In this document: positions 9,221 to 18,116 of the stretch, piece by piece
How the letters are laid out: each line of letters begins with the position of its first letter
Position numbering within the stretch: the stretch's first letter is position 1
DNA from: Octopus sinensis
Lineage: Eukaryota
Length of the DNA stretch: 18,116 bases
Direction of reading: 5' to 3'
NCBI RefSeq assembly: GCF_006345805.1
Contig: NW_021824526.1
Coordinates: 1 to 18,116, forward strand
The notes under the pieces: model-generated
What the model saw: the letters and a program-made list of their open reading frames with translations, nothing else
Database searches by the model: none
Told to the model about the DNA's origin: nothing
Program-made: the position numbers and the translations under genes

Positions 9221-10921
9221 GTGAGTGTCTGTGTTTGTGTTTGTCACCTCACCACCGTCTTTATAACCGGTGCTGTTTTGTTCATATCCCCATCGATCAG
9301 CGGTTCGGCCAAACGCGACTGATAAAATACGTACCAGACTTTGTGAGTGTCTGTGTTTGTGTTTGTCACCTCACCACTGTCTTTATAACCGGTGCTGTTT
9401 TGTTCATATCCCCATCAATCAGCGGTTCGGCCAAACGCGACTGATAAAATACGTACCAGACTTTGTGAGTGTCTGTGTTTGTGTTTGTCACCTCACCACT
9501 GTCTTTATAACCGGTGCTGCTTTGTTCATATCCCCATCGATCAGCGGTTCGGCCAAACGCGACTGATAAAATACGTACCAGACTTTGTGAGTGTCTGTGT
9601 TTGTGTTTGTCACCTCACCACTGTCTTTATAACCGGTGCTGTTTTGTTCATATCCCCATCGATCAGCGGTTCGGCTAAACGCGACTGATAAAATACGTAC
9701 CAGACTTTGTGAGTGTCTGTGTTTGTGCTTGTCACCTCACCACCGTCTTTATAACCGGTGCTGCTTTGTTCATATCCCCATCAATCAGCGGTTCGGCGGC
9801 CAACGCGACTGATAAAATACGTACCAGACTTTGTGAGTGTCTGTGTTTGTGTTTGTCACCTCACCACTGTCTTTATAACCGGTGCTGTTTTGTTCATATC
9901 CCCATCAATCAGCGGTTCGGCTAAACGCGACTGATAAAATACGTACCAGACTTTGTGAGTGTCTGTGTTTGTGTTTGTCACCTCACCACCGTCTTTATAA
10001 CCGGTGCTGTTTTGTTCATATCCCCATCGATCAGCGGTTCGGCCAACGCGACTGATAAAATACGTACCAGACTTTGTGAGTGTCTGTGTTTTGTTTGTCA
10101 CCTCACCACTGTCTTTATAACCGGTGCTGTTTTGTTCATATCCCCATCAATCACGGTTCGGCCAAACGCAACTGATAAAATACGTACCAGACTTTGTGAG
10201 TGTCTGTGTTTGTGTTTGTCACCTCACCACTGTCTTTATAACCGGTGCTGTTTTGTTCATATCCCCATCGATCAGCGGTTCGGCTAAACGCGACTGATAA
10301 AATACGTACCAGACTTTGTGAGTGTCTGTGTTTGTGCTTGTCACCTCACCACCGTCTTTATAACCGGTGCTGCTTTGTTCATATCCCCATCAATCAGCGG
10401 TTCGGCCAAACGCGACTGATAAAATACGTACCAGACTTTGTGAGTGTCTGTGTTTGTGTTTGTCACCTCACCACTGTCTTTATAACCGGTGCTGCTTTGT
10501 TCATATCCCCATCAATCAGCGGTTCGGCCAAACGCGACTGATAAAATACGTCCCAGACTTTGTGAGTGTCTGTGTTTGTGTTTGTCACCTCACCACTGTC
10601 TTTATAACCGGTGCTCTTTTATTCATATCCCCATCGATCAGCGGTTCGGCCAAACGCAACTGATAAAATACGCACCAGACTTTGTGCGTGTTTGTGTTTG
10701 TCACCTCACCACCGTCTTTATAACCGGTGCTGTTTTGTTCATGTCCCCGTCAATTAGCGGTTCGGCCAAACGTGACTGATAAAATACGTACCAGACTTTG
10801 TGAGTGTCTGTGTATGTGTTTGTCACCTCACCACTGTCTTTATAACCGGTGCTGTTTTGTTCATATCCCCATCGATCAGCGGTTCGGCCAAACGCGACTG
10901 ATAAAATACGTACCAGACTTT
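9221..10921 (+). repeat. Tandem array of 14 units of ~122 bp derived from a SINE internal segment
   Basis: Units start at 9221, 9343, 9465, 9587, 9709, 9833, 9955, 10076, 10196, 10318, 10440, 10562, 10684, 10800 (lengths 116-124); each contains ACCGGT. Followed by a SINE 3' tail at 10922-11000. Confidence 0.97.
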
Positions 10922-11000
10922 CAAACACAAAGTATTCGGGTCAATTTCTACGACTAAAATGGCATGGGCGCAGTTCAATGACTGAAACAAATAAGAGATA
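10922..11000 (+). mobile_element. 3' tail of the CORE-type SINE hosting the array
   Basis: GCATGGGCGCAGTTCAATGACTGAAACAAATAAGAG resembles CCATGACCGCAGTTTTTGTGACTGAAACAAGTAAAA at 4343-4378. Confidence 0.7.
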
Positions 11001-11246
11001 TAAAAATAATAAAAAATGTACAGCGTTACACGAACTGACTACCTGTTGCACTATAATTGCATTGCATTAATAATTTTACACGTTAACCACTCGGCTATTA
11101 GAGGGGTGGGGAAATGATAATAAAACTGTAACAGAACAAGAGAACAATGTTGAAAGCTGACGAATGCGAGTGCAGAAATCAGCATGTCTCAAGAACTAAC
11201 CATAATTTATTAACAAGAAACACACTGAAAACAAGAGCCAAAAGCA

Positions 11247-11247
<1 letters not shown>

Positions 11248-11291
<44 letters not shown>

Positions 11292-11614
11292 GATGATAAT
11301 AATAATAATAGCAATAGGAATAATAAATTGATAAATACATAAACACGTAAAATACATGAAACAAAAATGGAAGACGAAAGCAAAAAAAAAAATAGCTTCC
11401 ATCTTATTTCAGTGACAATTTCGCCATTTTGTCATGTATAATTCATTGTGATTATAGTTTCTTCCTTCCTCACCCTCACTTCCGTTTTACCACTTTATCT
11501 CGCACGTTGATTCTACACCTTCTTACACTTCTCTCTCTCTTTCTTTCTCTCCTTCTCACTGCAGTTACATTTTCTTATTTTCTTTCTTTCTTCTCTTTCT
11601 TTTTTCTCTTTCTT

Positions 11615-11663
<49 letters not shown>

Positions 11664-12145
11664 CTCTTATTTTTCTCTCATATGCTCATCATGCGCATTG
11701 TCTCCTTTCTCATCTGTCTCTCTTTCCTTCTCTTTCTTTCTCTTTTTTCTCTGTTACTCTCTTTGTAGTTCAATGATCCTCACTTTCTCTAAATTTCTGT
11801 TTCCGTAATTTCTATCAATCTTTCTCTCTTTCTCACTCTCACGTTTTCTCTCTCTCTTCCTTCCTTTCTTTCTCTCCCCCTCTCTCACTGTTCCTGTGTG
11901 TGTGTGTGTGTCCATCTCTCTCTCTGTCTATCTGTCTCTCTCTTATTCTCTCTCTCTCTCTCTCTCTCTATTGATTTTCTCGCATTCCCTCTCATTGTTC
12001 TTCTCTCCAGCACTCGGTGTTTTTTCTCATCTGCCACTCACATCAATCATCTCTCACTGTCTGTCTGTCTATCTCTCTCTCTCTGTTTCATTCTCTCTCT
12101 CTCCTTTCTCTCTCTCTCTCTCCATATATATATTATATATATATA

Positions 12146-12206
<61 letters not shown>

Positions 12207-12232
12207 CACTCGTGTTCGACATCTCCTTTTTT

Positions 12233-12280
<48 letters not shown>

Positions 12281-12315
12281 TGTATGTATATACAGAGAGA
12301 AAGATACATATATAA

Positions 12316-12369
<54 letters not shown>
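11248..12369. repeat. Simple-repeat field: (AAT)n 11248-11312, CT-rich tract ~11520-12122, (TA)n/(CA)n 12123-12369
   Basis: Direct reading. Confidence 0.93.
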
Positions 12370-12370
<1 letters not shown>

Positions 12371-12431
12371 CTTACTACTCTCTTATATGGCTCAGAATCG
12401 TGGATGCCCAATAGACGACACATTAACAAGT

Positions 12432-12567
12432 GTGGTCGACTTTGGCTTTCGTCCCTTTCGTGGTCGATAGAATAAGTAGCAGTGGGGTCGATATAATCGA
12501 CTTAATCCGTTCGTCTGTCCTTGTATCTCCTCTCTGTGTTTAGCCCCTTGTGGGTAGTAAAGAAATA
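12432..12567 (+). mobile_element. 5'-truncated tRNA-headed SINE, tail type a
   Basis: GGTCGACTTTGGCTTTCGTCCCTTTCGTGGTCGATAG ... TTAGCCCCTTGTGGGTAGTAAAGAAATA, the reverse complement of the tail at 282-330. Confidence 0.85.
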
Positions 12568-12980
12568 GGCATTTCTTCTGTTTCGTTGTTTCTCTTTTCT
12601 TTTTTTCTTCTTTTGTCGTTTCTGTGTTCAAATTCCTCCGAGGTCGACTTTGCATTTCATTCTGTTGTGTGGACGCCCCCAGACGATGAAGTAGGCTAGC
12701 CCAATATGTAGATATAGAGGGAGAGGTCTAAATGTCGTCAGAGCACATTTGAGTAGCAGTCAGCACAGTCGAGCAGAGAAGAGTTGAGTAGTAGAGGTAT
12801 CCGAACGTGCGACATAACAGTGACGACGAGGATTTTGTAGCTCACACAACCACTGTGTAGTATTGCAGCATAACACATTCTGTCGAGGTCGATACAATAA
12901 TTACGAATTCAGCAGTGAGATCGATATGATCGACTAGTCCCCTCCCCCATGGATTCAGATCCTGTACCTATTGTAGAAAA
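12568..12980 (+). mobile_element. Degenerate SINE (tail type b) interrupted by a solo LTR
   Basis: GGCATTTCTTCTG...GTTCAAATTCCTCCGAGGTCGACTTTGCATTTCATTC | insertion | TGTCGAGGTCGATAC...ATCGACTAGTCCCCTCCCCC; removing 12663-12880 restores a colinear SINE body. Confidence 0.75.
12663..12875. mobile_element. Solo LTR (213 bp) of an LTR retrotransposon
   Basis: Termini TGTTGTG ... CATAACA (inverted, 6/7). CATTC is duplicated at 12658-12662 and 12876-12880 (5-bp TSD). Splits a SINE cleanly. Confidence 0.8.
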
Positions 12981-13009
12981 AATGTCTTATTACTGTTATT
13001 TAGTCGGCG

Positions 13010-13397
13010 GGTGGAGGCGCAATGGCCCAGTGGTTAGGGCAGCGGACTCGCGGTCGTAGGATCGCGGTTTCGATTCCCAGACCGGGCATTGTGAGTGTTT
13101 ATTGAGCGAAAACACCTAAAGCTTCACAAGGCTCCTGCAGGGGGTGGTGGTGAACCCTACTGTACTCTTTCACCACAACTTTCTCTCACTCTTTCTTCCT
13201 GTTTCTGTTGTACCTGTATTTCAAAGGGCCAGCCTTGTCACACTCTGTGTCACGCTGAATCTCCTCGAGAACTACGTTAAGGGTACACGTGTATGTGGAG
13301 TGCTCAGCCACTTGCACGTTAATTCCACGAGCAAGCTGTTCCGTTGATCGTATCAGCTGGGACCCTCATCGTCGTAACCGACGGAGTGCTCCTATTA
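13010..13397 (+). mobile_element. Full-length tRNA(Arg)-like SINE with 13-bp TSD
   Basis: Head GGCGCAATGGCCCAGTGGTTAGGGCAGCGGACTCGCGGTCGTAGGATCGCGGTTTCGATTCC (A-box TGGCCCAGTGG, B-box GTTTCGATTCC; colinear with tRNA-Arg). TATTTAGTCGGCG at 12997-13009 and 13398-13410. Octopus tRNA-Arg-derived SINEs (OR1/OR2) are known; exact family not verified. Confidence 0.88.
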
Positions 13398-13404
13398 TAT
13401 TTAG

Positions 13405-13602
13405 TCGGCGAGCTAATAAAATCGTCGGCGCGTCGAACAAAATGCTTCGCGGCATTTTGTCCTTTTTTACGTTCTGAGTTCAGATTCTACCGTGGTCAAC
13501 TTTTCCTGTTATTCTTTCGAGGTGAATAAATTAAGTTAAATGCTGGGATAGATGAAAACCAATTTCCTCTCCCCCTCAAAATTGCTGGTCTTCTGCCAAA
13601 AT
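13405..13602 (+). mobile_element. Older tRNA-headed SINE (tail type b) whose first bases form the target of the 13010-13397 insertion
   Basis: GGCGAGCTAATAAAATCG ... TTACGTTCTGAGTTCAGATTCTACCGTGGTCAAC ... CCCCCTCAAAATTGCTGGTCTTCTGCCAAAA. Confidence 0.75.
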
Positions 13603-14267
13603 AAGACCAATTATTTATTTATCATTACAGAGTCTCTTCACTTTTATCTTTTTCCCCAGTCGACAGTAAAATTTTTAAGATGTCGCTTCGGTATCATTTT
13701 TATCTTTCTTGTAGATTTTCAAACTTAATCCGTGTTTAGCGAGCGACTACTTATTCGATTACACCTCAGAGAGTCTGTTAGCAAAAGAAAATCTACTTGT
13801 TTGTTTTCTATGCTAGAAATAACAACCAAATCTCTGTCAAGTTCCTCTATCTTGCTTTTCGTTATTAACAACGGTATCGATTCAGAATAGCATTTGGAAT
13901 ATGTTGTAGACAGTCACAAAACTACAGTATTTGTCGCGAGAAAGCATCTCGTGTGGATGCTACTTGCTAAAAAGCACAGAAGTAAATCAGTAGCAGGCGA
14001 AAAGCGTCCAGCAGTAGAGGTGAAATTACGAAATCTGGATTTCTGCTTGTTTGAGCGTCATCAGTAGCAAGCACTCACTAGCAACCGCATCCTTAGACAA
14101 ATTTAGCCTCTACTAAAATAGAAAAACAGTTGTTAACAAACCGCTGGTATTGCAAATAGCCAGCAGATTGGGTAGATATTCATTTTTAGCGATGAAAGCT
14201 GTATTAGTTTAGAATAGCATTTTGTATATCTTATAATTCCACCAGGAATCCAAAGATGGTACAGGAG

Positions 14268-14530
14268 ATACGAACCAGCAGCTCCAGGGATCAAACTACC
14301 AGTGCCCGGGACACAAACCGCCAGCGCAACGGATACAAATTACCAGCGTCACAAACGCAAACCACCAGCACCAGATCTATAAACTAGCAGCGTGAGAGTT
14401 ACAAACTGTGGGGCTAGACACATAAGTGTCACAAATACAAACCAGCGGCACCACAAACTAGCGGCACCAGAGATACAAACTAGTAGCGACAGGGATAAAA
14501 CTAGTAGCGACACGGATACAAAACTCAAGT
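14268..14530 (+). repeat. Degenerate ~21-22-bp minisatellite (consensus about GATACAAACTAGCAGCGACAGG)
   Basis: About 11 diverged units, e.g. GATACGAACCAGCAGCTCCAGG, GATACAAATTACCAGCGTCACA, GATACAAACTAGTAGCGACAGG, GATAAAACTAGTAGCGACACG. Confidence 0.75.
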
Positions 14531-14597
14531 ATAACTGACACAAAGCACTGAGTACCAGAGGCAAGAATGACCACTGTGGTCAAATGCTGGGCGTCAG

Positions 14598-14660
14598 TGA
14601 TATCGACTTATTCCCCCTCCCCTCAAAAGTGTCTGGCCTTGTGCTCTAATCAGAAAACAT
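14598..14660 (+). mobile_element. SINE tail type b fragment
   Basis: GATATCGACTTATTCCCCCTCCCCTCAAAAGTGTCTGGCCTTGTGC matches the tails at 5180-5224 and 13565-13602. Confidence 0.6.
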
Positions 14661-14944
14661 TACTTTGAAATATAAACGTTTACACGTTTTTTTAAATATT
14701 TTCCATAAGAAAAAAAATCTTCAGGAAAAGGAGAAGCATTCGTTTAATCTCTAAATGTCAAATAACGTAGGTGGTTACATCTTTTTATCTTTTCTTTTTG
14801 AATTTTCGGTCGACTGCCAACAGCCAAAATATTTTACGGAGAAACAAGCTGTGAAACACAAAAAAAAATCTCAGTATGTTTTTAATTAGTTCCTTTATGA
14901 AGCAAACTGAGGTCGAACAACTTAAAAAAGAAACGAAATCTAAG

Positions 14945-15662
14945 AACTGTATGTTGTTGTTGTTGCAGTTGTTCTTGTTTAACCCCAAGTCAAACAACAC
15001 TGAAGAGACCTAGGATCAAGGACGTTCGCAATAGGAGCGGGGGGTTATTATACAGATAGTCCTAATGTATCTAGGGTTATTTACGTAATAAAGCTATTTC
15101 TTTATTGCAGTATTTAGATATTATTTAAATGATATCTATTTATTTCAAGTATACTGTTATATTCTTCAAAGGGTTCTAATCCAACCGTGGACACTGGAAA
15201 ATCAACTCAACTCATGTTCTCCTTATTCTAAGTCCAAGATGACTCCCACAGTCAATTCCAAGCACCTCTTCATACCTTTTATGTGCTGGAGAGCTTCAAA
15301 ACTGTATGTTGTTGTTGTTGTTGTTGTTGTAGTTGTTCTTGTTTAACCCCAAGTCAAACAACACTGAAGAAACCTAGGATCAAGGACGTTCGCAATAGGA
15401 GCGGGGGGTTATTATATAGATAGTCCTAGTGTATCTAGGGTTATTTACGTAATAAAGCTATTTCTTTATTGCAGTATTTTGATATTATTTAAATGATATC
15501 TATTTATTTCAAGTATAGTGTTACATTCTTCAAAGGGTTCTAATCCAACCGTGGACACTGGAAAATCAACTCAACTCATGTTCTCCTTATTCTCAGTCCA
15601 AGATGACTCCCACAGTCAATTCCAAGCACCTCTTCATACCTTTTCTGTGCTGGAGAGCTTCA
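14945..15662 (+). repeat. Two-copy tandem duplication (14945-15298 and 15300-15662)
   Basis: Copies run AACTGTATGTTG ... GGAGAGCTTCA; I count 9 substitutions plus a 9-nt length difference in the (GTT)n tract. Confidence 0.95.
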
Positions 15663-16414
15663 TAGATAGCCGGGCAATTAATACTAATGTTATTTCCGCC
15701 TGCTTCCATTTTCTTGTCGGTGCAACACCTCAATAAAATCTAATGTATCTAGAACTCAATTATCCCATTTGTCCCTCCAATTCAAAAGTTAGGTGTGAAA
15801 TATGAGATGTAGTCAGGTCATATGGATTTAATTCATATCCATAATATCAAACTGTAATACATTTAAATTACGTCTATATTTCTTACATGGACAGGCCTCC
15901 GTGTCTCAAAGTTGACCACATGTAGTATTCATCCTTTCGTTTCGTATCAGTTGAGTAATCGACTATTGCTCTCCCTCAAAATTCCATAACTTGAAAGAAA
16001 ATTTATTAGCTTCTAGATAGACAGCAAGAACTTTGAGCAAAACAAAAATTATAAGATTAAATTAAATCTTTAAAAATAAACTCATCTTCAGGAGGTATAA
16101 ATATAGTATAAAAGTTTATATAAAATTTCATAAACAGCATATAAGTGCTTATTGCCATTTTCAAAAGTGCCATTAACTTCGGTAGACTTTTTTTCTGGTT
16201 GCTATATTATGTTGGGAGATTACTGTAGATTAAAAGTCTCAGAAAGCTTAAGAGATATTGAAGTAAGAACATAAATAGTTTAAGAAATACCAAATTATGA
16301 AGAATGGTTCTAAAGTTAAATCAACATTATAGAAACGAAAGAGAGAAAAAGAGCGTCGGAGAATCTTCGGGTGTTGCAAAAGAGAATGATACTTTGGTTA
16401 GAGATAAGAGGAAA

Positions 16415-16427
16415 TTATATACATATA

Positions 16428-16480
<53 letters not shown>

Positions 16481-16515
16481 GTATGTATATATATATGTAT
16501 ATATATATATATATG

Positions 16516-16559
<44 letters not shown>

Positions 16560-16593
16560 ATATATATATGTATATATATATGTATGTGTATAT

Positions 16594-16635
<42 letters not shown>

Positions 16636-17012
16636 GTATATATATATGTATATATATATATTATATATATATATAATATATATATATATTATATATATAT
16701 ATATATATTATATATATTATATATATATTATATAATTATTATTATTATTATTATTATTGTTATTAGATGATAAAACGAATGGTTTATACCTGGTAGCTTA
16801 CTTGTAAAGCACGACCTCTCTCACAGTGGTTTGTTATATATTTGGTTACATACATACATACGTGTATGTAAATATACACACATAGATATATATACACGCA
16901 TACATATATATATAAAAACACACATACATACGTATGTATGTATGTATGTATGTATGTATGTATGTATGTATGTGTGTGTGTATTTAAGGAGAGAGAGAGA
17001 GAGAGAGAGAGA
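16415..17012. repeat. (TA)n, (ATT)n, (CATA)n/(TATG)n and (GA)n microsatellites
   Basis: Direct reading; short unique spacer at ~16765-16845. Confidence 0.93.
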
Positions 17013-17144
17013 GGAAACAGCAGCAGCAGTTGTCACTAGATATTACATATCAATACAAAAGCAAAGTTTTAATTACCTAAGGGACAGATTGAAGGTGGGG
17101 AAATTAAATACGAGAAGATGAAGTCAATGATCCTTCCTTATTAT

Positions 17145-17322
17145 GGGCACAAGGATTAAAATTTGCGGTTAAGGGCCATAACCGACTGCGTCCGTCCCGA
17201 TGTTCAACTGGTACATATTTTATCCACCCGAAAAGATGAAAAGTAAGGGTCAACCTCTGATGAATTTGAACATCCTGGTAAGTATTTTGCCCTGTGCGGT
17301 ACCACTTCTGCCAGCTTACCCC
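17145..17322 (-). mobile_element. Degenerate tRNA-headed SINE, tail type b
   Basis: Plus strand GGCACAAGG ... ACTGGTACATATTTTATCCACCCGAAAAGATGAAAAG ... GAATTTGAAC ... TTCTGCCAGCTTACC. Confidence 0.75.
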
Positions 17323-17664
17323 TTTAGCTTAATAGCAACAGTAATAAAGACATGAATAAGTAAAATCAGTTTTCTTTAGCTTGAAAATATGCGCGTGTGT
17401 ATGCGTGCTTGTATGTGTGTGTGTGTATGGGTGCGGGTTTATGTGTGTCTGTGTTTCTATGCTTGTATGTGCGTATGTGTGTGTGTGTGTGTATTTGCGA
17501 AAAGTCTAACGTTATGAAGGAGAATAAATTAAGACAAATGATACATACTTTTAGAGTGAGTTTTAGTGGAAGTAAGAAAGGAAAAAGTCTGGTCAAACTC
17601 AAAATATATTTATCAGTCCATCTTTCTATCTCACTCTCTCACTCTTTCTGTATATGTATATAAT

Positions 17665-17696
<32 letters not shown>

Positions 17697-17712
17697 CATA
17701 ATATAATATAAA

Positions 17713-17830
17713 ATATAAATTAGAGATAAAACCACTATTATGCAACTCAAACAGTGATAGACTAACAAAACCAACATAAATAACAAATAATATCTATATT
17801 TTTTATAAAGCATATAACTAGATCTCAAAA
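17713..17830. mobile_element. Partial copy of the foldback element (hairpin B arm plus spacer)
   Basis: 17713-17762 is the exact reverse complement of 3440-3489 (50/50); the spacer CATATAACTAGATCTCAAAA also matches 3378-3397. Confidence 0.85.
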
Positions 17831-17898
17831 GTATTAAAATGAATGATCAGTATAAAATAAGTATATATATATATATATACATATATTATATATATATA

Positions 17899-17941
<43 letters not shown>

Positions 17942-17981
17942 ATATATATATAATATACATATATATGTATATATGATAATA

Positions 17982-18116
17982 TGTGGGAATATTATTCCAA
18001 ACTTACAGGGAAAAATTCAATTTAGAAATACTAAATCAATTTTCACAAAATATAATATATATATAAATTAGAAAAAAGGCAACTTTTATCAATTCAATAA
18101 TGAAAAATTAAATTAT
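17982..18116. mobile_element. Left TIR and hairpin A arm of another foldback copy, running off the window
   Basis: GGGAATATTATTCCAAACTTACAGGGAAAAATTCAATTTAG ... TAAATTAGAAAAAAGGCAACTTTT parallels 3074-3200. Confidence 0.75.

Noticed and set aside
9221-10921. CRISPR-like array or repetitive protein gene
   Set aside because: Units are near-identical over their full length with no unique spacers; 122 is not a multiple of 3, so frames shift and stop in every unit; context is eukaryotic.
13013-13090. Functional tRNA-Arg gene
   Set aside because: No proper acceptor stem, B-box has an extra base, and it continues into a 300-bp body flanked by a TSD: a SINE head.
14030-14070. Minus-strand CTGATGA...GAAA motif
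   Set aside because: Stem II is 3 bp and stem I is mismatched next to the core; compatible with chance.
14999-15030. CTGAAGA in the duplicated block (also 15364-15370)
   Set aside because: No GAAA at a suitable distance and no closing stems.
367-17828. All ORFs in the supplied track as protein-coding genes
   Set aside because: They translate microsatellites (YI, CV, poly-I/L, SL), SINE bodies (367-609, 1097-1339, 8079-8273, 12392-12655) or the 122-bp array; none shows a recognisable domain, and no convincing exon was found.

Overview
AT-rich, repeat-saturated eukaryotic non-coding DNA (intron or intergenic). Microsatellite content and SINE families resemble an octopus/cephalopod genome; this is recalled from family consensus patterns, not from a search. 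No protein-coding gene is supportable: the listed ORFs are translations of microsatellites, SINEs or a tandem array. Contents: (i) many copies of a tRNA-headed SINE with a Nin/Deu-like central domain, two alternative 3' tails and a recurring head-to-tail dimer junction; (ii) CORE-type SINE copies, one expanded internally into a 14 x ~122 bp tandem array (9221-10921); (iii) a tRNA-Arg-like SINE with a 13-bp TSD; (iv) a 213-bp solo LTR with a 5-bp TSD nested in a SINE; (v) a 504-bp nested foldback element with further partial copies at the right end; (vi) two type I hammerhead-ribozyme folds (2836-2894, 8616-8715) of the minimal, palindromic-stem-III kind known from Penelope-like elements, each a few hundred bp upstream of a palindrome; (vii) a ~355-bp tandem duplication, a ~22-bp minisatellite and many simple repeats. 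Best leads: the hammerheads, the SINE-born satellite and the fixed SINE dimer/target junction.
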